Source: Arthrobacter phage Aoka
Direction: 5' to 3' (one strand)
DNA length: 32,000 bases
Sequence record: ON755180.1
Part shown: piece by piece, positions 18,594 to 25,218 of the stretch
How the letters are laid out: the number at the start of each line of letters is the position of its first letter
Numbering within the stretch: the first letter of the stretch is position 1
Notes under the pieces: model-generated
What the model saw: the letters and a program-made list of their open reading frames with translations, nothing else
What the model was told of the DNA's origin: nothing
Databases searched by the model: none
Made by a program: the position numbers and the translations under genes

Positions 18594-18923
18594 ATGCTCA
18601 CTGCACTACTCCGGACGATCGTCCCGGCACTCTGGGGATCGCTGGTCGCCTGGCTCATCGGCGTCCTGCCCGTCCTCGCCCCGCTCGAGGCGCAGCTCGC
18701 GGGCCTCGCCGAGATCCTGCTGCCGATCGTGACCGCGGTCATCATCGGCGCCTGGTACGCCTTCTGGCGCTGGCTCCAGCCGAAGCTCCCGGACTGGCTG
18801 GTCCGGGCGGTCCTCGGCTCGGCGAAGACGCCGGTCTACCTCGGCAAGCACGCCGCGACGACCCCGCCGGACACCCTGCCCGCCCCCGGCCCGTATGACA
18901 CCCGGGAACGCCCCGGAACCTAG
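18594..18923 (+). CDS. Putative holin, 2 TM
   Basis: Immediately after the endolysin. 'IVPALWGSLVAWLIGVLPVL...LLPIVTAVIIGAWYAFWRWL' gives two TM segments, with a hydrophilic C-terminus. Confidence 0.72.
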   Translation: MLTALLRTIVPALWGSLVAWLIGVLPVLAPLEAQLAGLAEILLPIVTAVIIGAWYAFWRWLQPKLPDWLVRAVLGSAKTPVYLGKHAATTPPDTLPAPGPYDTRERPGT

Positions 18924-18933
18924 CCCGGAACGC

Positions 18934-18978
18934 AAAAGGACGCCCCGCCCCCTAACAAGGGGCGGGGCGTCCTTTTTT
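18934..18978. terminator. Strong bidirectional intrinsic terminator between convergent transcripts
   Basis: AAAAGGACGCCCCGCCCC ... GGGGCGGGGCGTCCTTTTTT, an 18 bp stem with poly-T on the + side and poly-A (poly-T on -) on the other, located between the + strand holin and a - strand gene. Confidence 0.93.
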
Positions 18979-18992
18979 GTTGCTCTCAGGGC

Positions 18993-19337
18993 CTACCGGG
19001 CCGGACCGGGGACGGTCCAGTCGAGGACGGCGGAGTTCCAGTCGTCGACGAAGATCGTCCCCCGGGCCCGGAGGACCCTCTCCAGTTCGGCGAGGAGGGA
19101 CCATTCATCCACCCGGCCCGCCCTCAGTGTGAGGATCTGGACCTCGGGCGGGTCGGCCTGGGGAAGGGTTCGGATCCATGCCTCGGCGGTCTCGGCCGTC
19201 CACGCCGGGGACTGCCCGACCTCAAAGTCCGGCTCCGGGAGCTTCCCCCGGCTCTTCCAGACCCGGAGCGTCGCGGCGTCGAGTCCGGACCGCTCGGCGA
19301 GGTCGCCGTAGCTGTAGAGCTTCACCGGGCCGGCCAT
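18993..19337 (-). CDS. MerR/AlpA-like helix-turn-helix DNA-binding protein
   Basis: 'KLYSYGDLAERSGLDAATLRVWKSRGKLPEPDFEVGQSPAWTAETAEAWI' resembles an excisionase/MerR-type winged HTH. Confidence 0.65.
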   Translation of the reverse strand: MAGPVKLYSYGDLAERSGLDAATLRVWKSRGKLPEPDFEVGQSPAWTAETAEAWIRTLPQADPPEVQILTLRAGRVDEWSLLAELERVLRARGTIFVDDWNSAVLDWTVPGPAR

Positions 19338-19913
19338 CTAGCGGCCCTCCCTGGTCCCCAGGGCGGCCTCGCGGGCGATCGCCATCCGGGCATCGGAAAG
19401 GCGGAAGGTGACACCGTCGGGGACCATATCGAGCCACTCGCCGGCGGCCGTGACTTCGTCGACCAACCAAGGTGTGTCGAGGGTCTCGGCGGCGACCCTG
19501 AAATAGCGGCCGTTTACCTCGGCCCAGCGGGTCCGGTACGGGTTCCCGAGCGACTGATCCCAGGGCGCCCTCATGGACAGGCGAACACTCCGGGCGGCCC
19601 AGGCGCGGAGATCGAGGGTCTGCAGTTCGTCATCGTCGTCGTCCCAGTCGTTATAGGCGAACGCGGCAGTCTTGACGCGGCGGAGGATCTCCGCCGGCAG
19701 CAGGTCCCCGGCGGCGTCGAGGCCGGCGGACCGCTTGGAATAAAATTCGGTAATGCCCAGGATGAAACCGGGATGGACACCTGACTCGGCGGCGATCTTC
19801 TGGACTGTCGGGTCTGACTCCTCGACCATGTAACACTGCTCGGCCTGGCCGCAGGTGGAGTTGGTTCCCTCTGCCCGGGCCTGCAAGTTGTCTTTCATCA
19901 TCTGGCTTTGCAT
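19338..19913 (-). CDS. Unknown protein, partner of the HTH protein in a minus-strand operon
   Basis: ORF with ATG at 19913 preceded on the - strand by AGAGGAG. The stop codon is adjacent to the ATG of the downstream HTH gene. Confidence 0.65.
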   Translation of the reverse strand: MQSQMMKDNLQARAEGTNSTCGQAEQCYMVEESDPTVQKIAAESGVHPGFILGITEFYSKRSAGLDAAGDLLPAEILRRVKTAAFAYNDWDDDDDELQTLDLRAWAARSVRLSMRAPWDQSLGNPYRTRWAEVNGRYFRVAAETLDTPWLVDEVTAAGEWLDMVPDGVTFRLSDARMAIAREAALGTREGR

Positions 19914-19965
19914 GGCTGCTGCTCCTCTGCTGATCTGACCCCGGGCTGTTCCCGGGCCTGCCCTT

Positions 19966-19994
19966 ACTGTAACGCCGCATAACACCGTGCGCAA
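19966..19994 (-). promoter_or_regulatory. Candidate sigma-70-like promoter for the minus-strand operon
   Basis: On the - strand: TTGCGC-N17-TACAGT, ending about 50 nt upstream of the ATG at 19913. Confidence 0.45.
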
Positions 19995-20090
19995 CACCGG
20001 CCGCTGGCCGGCCTCCTCGGGGCCTGCTCTGCAGGCCCTCGTCTTTGTGCTTTACCTGACACCGCAGAGGGAAGATGGGAGGAGGAGGGC

Positions 20091-20126
20091 AGAGTTCAGC
20101 CTGACGGTAAATCAGGACAGAACTCT
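20091..20126. repeat. Hairpin with interrupted stem in intergenic region
   Basis: AGAGTTC(A)G(CCTGA)CGGTAAA(TCAGG)(A)C(A)GAACTCT: 7 + 1 + 5 bp. Confidence 0.55.
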
Positions 20127-20440
20127 AAGCGAACACCGCGTCGGTCAGACGGTCGGTATCGGTTGGCAGCGGGTTAGGCTGCTGTTCAGCTTGGAAGCAT
20201 GGCGGGCTCATTACAAGTACCCGCGACGGCGGCTGTCTTGATCTCTGGCGGCCCGGCTAGGCATGGCTGTAACTGCTGGCGTCTCTTCGATTCCCGGGCT
20301 CGCGCTCTCGGGTGAAACAGTCTGAATCAAGACTCGACAATAGGACCGGCTCTAACCCGGATCTACCGCGGAGCGCGGCCTGGTCTTTGGGATTCTTCCC
20401 CCGGCTGGGGGAAACGCGGCTCAGGACTCATACCGCGGGC

Positions 20441-20468
20441 CTAGCATCCGTTGGCGCGGATTTGCTAG
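20441..20468. repeat. Hairpin in intergenic region
   Basis: CTAGCATCCG-TTGGCG-CGGA(TT)TGCTAG: 6 + 4 bp stem with a 2 nt bulge. A further hairpin lies just upstream at 20396-20413 (TTCCCCC-GGCT-GGGGGAA). Confidence 0.5.
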
Positions 20469-20498
20469 GATCTCTCTATTCTGTGAATTGTTTTGAAA

Positions 20499-20530
20499 GA
20501 TACCCTCCTGGTTGGCGCCGGGAGGGTATC
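20499..20530. repeat. Hairpin in intergenic region
   Basis: Perfect 10 bp stem GATACCCTCC / GGAGGGTATC with a 12 nt loop. Confidence 0.65.
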
Positions 20531-20541
20531 GCCGTTTTACG

Positions 20542-20568
20542 GGCGTGTACTCCGAGACGATACACGCC
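20542..20568. repeat. Hairpin upstream of the DUF4236-like gene
   Basis: GGCGTGTA / TACACGCC, 8 bp stem with an 11 nt loop. Confidence 0.55.
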
Positions 20569-20639
20569 TGCCGCGTAAATATGCAAGAATGGGCGCGGGT
20601 CGGGATGTCCCCGGGCCTCGACTACCGAAAGGGCCACTA

Positions 20640-20801
20640 ATGGGCCTCACCTTCCGTAAGGCGCTCAAGCTCGGCCGCCGGACCCGGGCGAACCTCTCCA
20701 GGACCGGGGCCTCCGCCTCCCGCCGCGTCGGCCCCGTCACCGTCTCCACCCGGGGCCGGATCACCCTCCGCCTCGGCAAGGGCTGGAGCTGGCGCCTCTA
20801 G
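20640..20801 (+). CDS. DUF4236-like small basic protein
   Basis: ATG at 20640 (GAAAGG upstream) gives MGLTFRKALKLGRRTRANLSRTGASASRRVGPVTVSTRGRITLRLGKGWSWRL, which resembles the DUF4236 'MGFRFRKSxKLGPGxRxNxSxxG' pattern. Confidence 0.65.
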   Translation: MGLTFRKALKLGRRTRANLSRTGASASRRVGPVTVSTRGRITLRLGKGWSWRL

Positions 20802-20816
20802 GCTGCACGCGGCACG

Positions 20817-20854
20817 AAAAAAGGGCCCGGGATGTTCACCCATCCCGGGCCCTT
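20817..20854 (-). terminator. Intrinsic terminator mainly for the minus strand (regulator transcript)
   Basis: 14 bp stem AAGGGCCCGGGATG / CATCCCGGGCCCTT. The poly-A run at 20817-20822 becomes poly-T on the - strand. Confidence 0.85.
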
Positions 20855-20915
20855 GCACGTTCGGCCTAAACCCTACGCGCCATCGGTAATCTCGCCCCCC
20901 ATTCTGCCACACCCG

Positions 20916-21359
20916 CTAGGCGCTCGCGGGCGAGGTCCCGGGCCACCCCGAGCGGTCATACCGGATCGGGGACGGGTCGGTATAGAGCAGCCGGGGCGGC
21001 GGCGCGGGCGGCCCGGCCGGGCGCTCCGGCACGGCCCCGAGGAGCGTCACCGGCGGCGGCGGCGGCGCGACCTTCGGGATCGTCCCGGTCGGGGCCTGCC
21101 CCTCGGCCGGGTCATCCCAGCCGAGCAGATAGGCGATGCTGATCCCGACCTTTTTCTCGAGCGTCTCGAGCTCGTCCAGCTCCCAGGCCGCGGACCCGGT
21201 ATAGCGCCGGGAGAACGATCCCTGGGTCATCCCGATCGCCGCGGCGACCTCGGTCCCGCGTAGCTGCAACTCGGCCATCCTGGACCGGAGCCGGCGGGCT
21301 ACGCGCTGGCTAAGTGGCTCCTGATCGGCGGACGCGCCGCCCTGTTCATAAGTGTTCAT
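20916..21359 (-). CDS. XRE-family HTH transcriptional regulator (repressor-like)
   Basis: 'PLSQRVARRLRSRMAELQLRGTEVAAAIGMTQGSFSRRYTGSAAWELDELETLEKKVGISIAYLLGW', with a Pro-rich C-terminus. Divergent from the XRE gene at 21588. Confidence 0.85.
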   Translation of the reverse strand: MNTYEQGGASADQEPLSQRVARRLRSRMAELQLRGTEVAAAIGMTQGSFSRRYTGSAAWELDELETLEKKVGISIAYLLGWDDPAEGQAPTGTIPKVAPPPPPVTLLGAVPERPAGPPAPPPRLLYTDPSPIRYDRSGWPGTSPASA

Positions 21360-21445
21360 GAACCGACCGTATATCCGCAATCCGAGTAAAAGCCATATGC
21401 CGGATTACTCGATCGAATGGCGTGACAAAAAACGGGTACACCACC

Positions 21446-21479
21446 CGCCCCGGGCAAGTAGCAGGCCGCGCCCCGGGCA
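21446..21479. promoter_or_regulatory. Direct repeats in divergent regulator intergenic region, candidate operators
   Basis: CGCCCCGGGCA at 21446-21456 and again at 21469-21479 (23 bp spacing). Also the inverted repeat CGAGTAA (21383-21389) / TTACTCG (21405-21411). Confidence 0.4.
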
Positions 21480-21587
21480 GAAAAGCGAGTACCGCGCCGG
21501 CCCTCTCCAAGTGGAAAAAAACGCGACACGCGGATAAATCGTCTTTGAATGCGCGTTACTACTCGCGAAACGTGTAGGCTCCCGGGT

Positions 21588-21839
21588 ATGTCAGAAAAAA
21601 CCACTGGGCAAGTAGCCGACCGGGTCCGCCGCGAAGCCCGCCGCCAAAAGGTCCGCCAGGCCGAGCTCGCCGAGGCCGCCGGCCTCACGCAGCAGGCGAT
21701 CTCCCGCCGGTTTACGGGCGAGGTCGAGATTTCCGTCAGTGAGGCCGAAATCTTCGCCCGGCTCCTGAACGTCTCCGTCGCCTGGCTCTTCGGCGAGACT
21801 GCCGACCCGGCCCCGGTCCCGGCGCTCCAAGACGCCTAG
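21588..21839 (+). CDS. XRE-family HTH protein (Cro-like)
   Basis: 83 aa with 'RVRREARRQKVRQAELAEAAGLTQQAISRRFTGEVEISVSEAEIFARLLNVSVAWLFG'. Confidence 0.85.
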   Translation: MSEKTTGQVADRVRREARRQKVRQAELAEAAGLTQQAISRRFTGEVEISVSEAEIFARLLNVSVAWLFGETADPAPVPALQDA

Positions 21840-21844
21840 ACAAC

Positions 21845-21877
21845 AAAAAACGGCCGGACCTCGCGGGTCCGGCCGTT
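21845..21877. terminator. Hairpin terminator after the Cro-like gene
   Basis: AACGGCCGGACC-TCGCG-GGTCCGGCCGTT, 12 bp stem, with poly-A immediately 5' (T-tract for the - strand). Confidence 0.65.
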
Positions 21878-21941
21878 CCTGATCTCTCCGAGAGGGGGGA
21901 TCCCGGTGACCAACAAACAAACAACACAAAGGATAGCAGCC

Positions 21942-22445
21942 ATGCCTCACGAATACCCGCTCCCCCGCCGCGTCTACTTCGGCGCCGCGGATAAGCAGCA
22001 CCTCGCCGAGAAAAAGGTCAGCGGCGGCCCGAGCGTCCACGAGATCGAGGTCGGCCGCCGTAACAAGCTCGCCCTGACCGTCACCCAGCGGGCCGAGGAC
22101 GTCGTCGGGGCGATCCGGGCGCTCCGCGCATTCGACGGCACCGGGAACACCGAGGACGCCCTCGATCACCTGCAGGCCTCGCTCCAGGACCTCAACAAGG
22201 CCCACGCGATCCTCGTCGACGACGTCACCGAATCCATCGGCCGCTACCGCGACCGCCGCGAAAACGAAACCGTCCTCGCCGAATCCACCGCCGGGCGCGG
22301 CGAGGTCCAGCACATCCAGATCCCGAACATCGCCTTCGGCGTCCTGCGGACCAACATCGACGAGGACGGCGACACCGAGCAGGTCGCCGCCGCACCGTCC
22401 CCCGCCGACATCGCCTCCGCTACCCGGAAGGCGGCCCGGGCATGA
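21942..22445 (+). CDS. Hypothetical protein
   Basis: ORF preceded by AAAGGA, 167 aa from ATG 21942. It overlaps the next ATG by 4 nt. Confidence 0.7.
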   Translation: MPHEYPLPRRVYFGAADKQHLAEKKVSGGPSVHEIEVGRRNKLALTVTQRAEDVVGAIRALRAFDGTGNTEDALDHLQASLQDLNKAHAILVDDVTESIGRYRDRRENETVLAESTAGRGEVQHIQIPNIAFGVLRTNIDEDGDTEQVAAAPSPADIASATRKAARA

Positions 22446-22900
22446 GCCCCGCGAAGCACCGCGCCGAGGTCTTCATCCAGCCGAAGAACCGCCGCCCGCT
22501 CAAGAAAACAACGATCGTCGACTACACCACCCCGGCCGACTTCCGGAAAAAGCTCGAGCGTTACGCCGCGACCGTCTGGATCACCGCGAAGGCGATCTTC
22601 GTCGACACCAGCTCCAAAGAGATCATCGTCGACGGGACCGCCGTCGCTAACTACGCCGTCCACATCGCCGGCGAACCCGCCCCCGAGACCCCCGCCGTCC
22701 CCACCGTCCCGGTCCGCCGGACCGCCCGCGCCGCGACCCGCCACACCCTCGCCCAGCTCACCGTCACCACCCTCGGCCTCACCCTCATCCTCACCGCCGC
22801 CGGAACCATAAACGCCCTCTACCTGGCAGGCTTCGCGCTCGCCGGGTTCGGCCTCTACCGCCTCGGTCTCGGCGTCGACCGCCGCGAGGCGATCCAGTGA
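22442..22900 (+). CDS. Membrane protein, unknown function
   Basis: C-terminal TM segments 'LAQLTVTTLGLTLILTAAGTINALYLAGFALAGFGLYRLGL'. Overlaps the following gene. Confidence 0.65.
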   Translation: MSPAKHRAEVFIQPKNRRPLKKTTIVDYTTPADFRKKLERYAATVWITAKAIFVDTSSKEIIVDGTAVANYAVHIAGEPAPETPAVPTVPVRRTARAATRHTLAQLTVTTLGLTLILTAAGTINALYLAGFALAGFGLYRLGLGVDRREAIQ

Positions 22901-23931
22901 CCGCAGATCCCGCCCTGCGGATCCTGTCCCTCGGCGCCGGCGTCCAGTCCTCCGCGCTGCTGATCCTGGCGGCCCGCGGCGACCTGCCGCCCCTGGACGC
23001 CGCGATCTTCTCCGATACCGGATGGGAGCCCGCCGCAGTCTACGAACACCTCGCCCGGCTCGAGGAGGAGGTCGCGAAACCCGCCGGGATCCCGATCTAT
23101 CGAGTGACCGCCGGGAACATCCGGGCCGACGCCCTGGACCCCGCCCACCGCTTCGCCTCAATGCCGCTATTCACCAAGGGCCCATGCCAGCGATGCAAGG
23201 AAACCGGGATGTACCGCGGCCGAGGAGCGGACGGCCGTTTTACGCGCGTCCGCTGCACGAATTGTAAGGGCACCGGCACGGCCGAGGGGATCACCCGCCG
23301 GCAGTGTACGTCCGAGTACAAGCTCAAGCCGATAAAGCAGAAAACCCGCGAACTCCTCGGCGCCCAGCCGAAACCGAACGGCGTCCCCGGCCGCGTCCCC
23401 AAGGGCCGCTTCGCCGAGCAGTGGATCGGGATTAGCACCGACGAGCGGGACCGGGCCCTCGACGAGGACGGCGAACTCAAAACCGGCGACGTCCTCTACT
23501 CCAGGAACCGTTACCCGCTCCTCGAGCTCGGCTTCGACCGGGCCCTCTGCCGGTCCTTGCTGGACTCCCACGGCTTCGGGAAGACCCCCAAGTCGGCGTG
23601 TATCGGCTGCCCCTTCCACACGAACGCGCACTGGCGCATGATCCGCGAGAACCCGGCCGACTGGGCCGATGCCGTGGACTTCGACGCGAGGATCCGCGGC
23701 GGCGGGGCCCGGGCAAATGCGAACGGCTCCGCCCTCCGCGGCGAGGCCTTCCTGCACCGCTCTATGGTCCCCCTCGCCGAGGCCCCGATCGAGCGGGACA
23801 GTTTCAAAGTCTGGGCAGGCCGGCAGGGCGACGTCCTGCAGATGCTCAGTGTCGCCGAATACGAAGAGAAGCTATCCGCCGAAGACCGCGACGGCCTCAC
23901 CGGCTGCTCGCCTTTCTCCTGCCCGAACTAG
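22897..23931 (+). CDS. PP-loop ATPase, PAPS-reductase-like family, with a Cys-rich (CxxC)2 insertion
   Basis: 'RILSLGAGVQSSALLILAARG...DAAIFSDTGWEPAAVYEHL' (PP-loop), 'RRQCTSEYKLKPIKQKTRELLG' and 'ACIGCPFHTNAHWRMIRENPADW', all typical of phage PAPS-reductase-like proteins. Confidence 0.85.
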   Translation: MTADPALRILSLGAGVQSSALLILAARGDLPPLDAAIFSDTGWEPAAVYEHLARLEEEVAKPAGIPIYRVTAGNIRADALDPAHRFASMPLFTKGPCQRCKETGMYRGRGADGRFTRVRCTNCKGTGTAEGITRRQCTSEYKLKPIKQKTRELLGAQPKPNGVPGRVPKGRFAEQWIGISTDERDRALDEDGELKTGDVLYSRNRYPLLELGFDRALCRSLLDSHGFGKTPKSACIGCPFHTNAHWRMIRENPADWADAVDFDARIRGGGARANANGSALRGEAFLHRSMVPLAEAPIERDSFKVWAGRQGDVLQMLSVAEYEEKLSAEDRDGLTGCSPFSCPN

Positions 23932-23946
23932 ATAGGACCGAAGACG

Positions 23947-24342
23947 ATGACCACCGAGACGACGACCGAGCAGGAATGGCTCGGGAATAATTCCTTCGCC
24001 TTCCGGGCCGAGCCCCGGATGTTTGAGTGCCTGGACATCGGGCCCCGGTTCCCCCTCGGCCCCGACCCGGACGCCGAGCAGGCGGCGGCGGCCCGGCGGG
24101 CGGCCGGCGAGGCCGCCCTCCTGGCTGGGATGAAGCGGGCACTCCGCCCCTTCCCCCGCCTGGCTGACTCCCCGGTCTACCCCCGGGCCGGGGTCCGGAT
24201 CCGGCCCGACGGCCGGTTCCAGGTCCGGATCTGGCTCGACCCGACCCTCCCGGACCCCGTCCAGGGCGGCCCCTGTGAAACCCTCGCCGAGGCCTGCAAC
24301 ATCGGCGCCCTGATCTGCTCCTACGCCCGCGACGCGGCCTAA
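23947..24342 (+). CDS. Hypothetical protein
   Basis: 131 aa ORF between the PP-loop and transporter genes in the same orientation. Confidence 0.6.
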   Translation: MTTETTTEQEWLGNNSFAFRAEPRMFECLDIGPRFPLGPDPDAEQAAAARRAAGEAALLAGMKRALRPFPRLADSPVYPRAGVRIRPDGRFQVRIWLDPTLPDPVQGGPCETLAEACNIGALICSYARDAA

Positions 24343-24360
24343 CCGAAACGACGTCTAACC

Positions 24361-24888
24361 ATGAATACCCGCCATTACCGTCTCGCCCCTGTTATCGCCG
24401 TCGGGTTCCTCGGCTGCATCCTCGCCGCTAACGTCGTCACCACTCACCTCGGAATGGTCCCGGTCGGGTTCGGGCTGGTCGCGACCGCCGGGACGTACTT
24501 CGCCGGCCTCACGTTCATCCTCCGCGACGCGCTCCAGGACACGGCCGGGAAGCGATGGACGATCGCCGTGATCGCGTTGGGCGCGGCCCTGTCCTTCCTC
24601 GTCGCGGACCCGTTCATCGCCCTGGCCTCGGCCGCGGCGTTCGGCCTGGCCGAGCTCGCCGACCTCGCCATCTATACGCCGCTTCGGAAGCACGGCTACC
24701 TCCGCGCCGCGATCGCCTCCAACATCGCCGGCGCCTTTGTGGACACCGCCGTATTCCTCTGGATCGCCGGGTTCCCCATCGCGGCCGCGATGCCGGGCCA
24801 AATGGTCGGGAAGCTGCTGGTGACCGCGCTCGCGGTCTCGGCCGTGGTCCTGGTCCGGGCCAAGCGTCAAGCGATGGCAGCAGCATGA
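24361..24888 (+). CDS. VUT family / YhhQ-like queuosine-precursor transporter
   Basis: 175 aa with about 6 TM: 'VIAVGFLGCILAANVVTTHLGMVPVGFGLVATAGTYFAGLTFILRDALQDTAGKRWTIAVIALGAALSF...ASAAAFGLAELADLAIYTPLRKHGYLRAAIASNIAGAFVDTAVFLWIAG'. The RDxxQ motif and conserved N/D residues match the VUT family. Confidence 0.85.
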   Translation: MNTRHYRLAPVIAVGFLGCILAANVVTTHLGMVPVGFGLVATAGTYFAGLTFILRDALQDTAGKRWTIAVIALGAALSFLVADPFIALASAAAFGLAELADLAIYTPLRKHGYLRAAIASNIAGAFVDTAVFLWIAGFPIAAAMPGQMVGKLLVTALAVSAVVLVRAKRQAMAAA

Positions 24889-25214
24889 TCGAGACCGTCT
24901 CATCCTCGCCCGGCCTCACGATGGCCGTAACGTCCCCCCTCGTCCACCTCTGCCCGTTCAAGGACGAGACCGACGCCGGGACGATCACCGTAACGTGGCA
25001 GACGCTCAACGGCACCATAGAACTCCACAGCCTCCGCGCCTACTTCGACAGTTTCGCCGGGTCGACCGTCTCCCATGAGGGCCTCACGGACACGATCCGC
25101 CGGGAACTCCAGCGGATCCCCAGCATCAAGGCCCTCGACGTGACGACCGCCTGGACGACCGCCGGTATGGAAACAGTCGTATCGACGGCCCCCGCGCCCA
25201 GGCCGGGGCGGTAA
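24885..25214 (+). CDS. Small QueF-like T-fold protein (7-deazaguanine pathway), divergent
   Basis: ATGA overlap with the transporter. 'HLCPFKDETDAGTITVTW...GTIELHSLRAYFDSFAGSTVSHEGLTDTIRREL' aligns with QueF 'CPxTGQPDxAxxxIxY...ESKSLKLYLxSFRN...FHEDCxNxIxxDL'. Confidence 0.72.
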   Translation: MIETVSSSPGLTMAVTSPLVHLCPFKDETDAGTITVTWQTLNGTIELHSLRAYFDSFAGSTVSHEGLTDTIRRELQRIPSIKALDVTTAWTTAGMETVVSTAPAPRPGR

Positions 25215-25218
25215 TCCC

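Noticed and set aside
17561-18745. 394 aa minus-strand ORF opposite endolysin/holin
   Set aside because: Composition and placement indicate a mirror-frame artefact. The + strand amidase is motif-supported.
20281-20300. T-arm-like 'CTTCGATTCCCGGG' suggesting a tRNA or attP core
   Set aside because: The flanking 5 bp T-stem does not pair and no acceptor, D or anticodon arms could be assembled.
19987-20578. Plus-strand ORFs 19987..20241 and 20312..20578
   Set aside because: No RBS or recognisable motif, unusual composition, overlapping multiple hairpins. More consistent with non-coding or structured sequence.
24555-25214. Full 219 aa ORF extending upstream of the QueF-like gene
   Set aside because: The N-terminal half is an out-of-frame reading of the VUT gene. 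The real start is the ATGA-coupled ATG at 24885.
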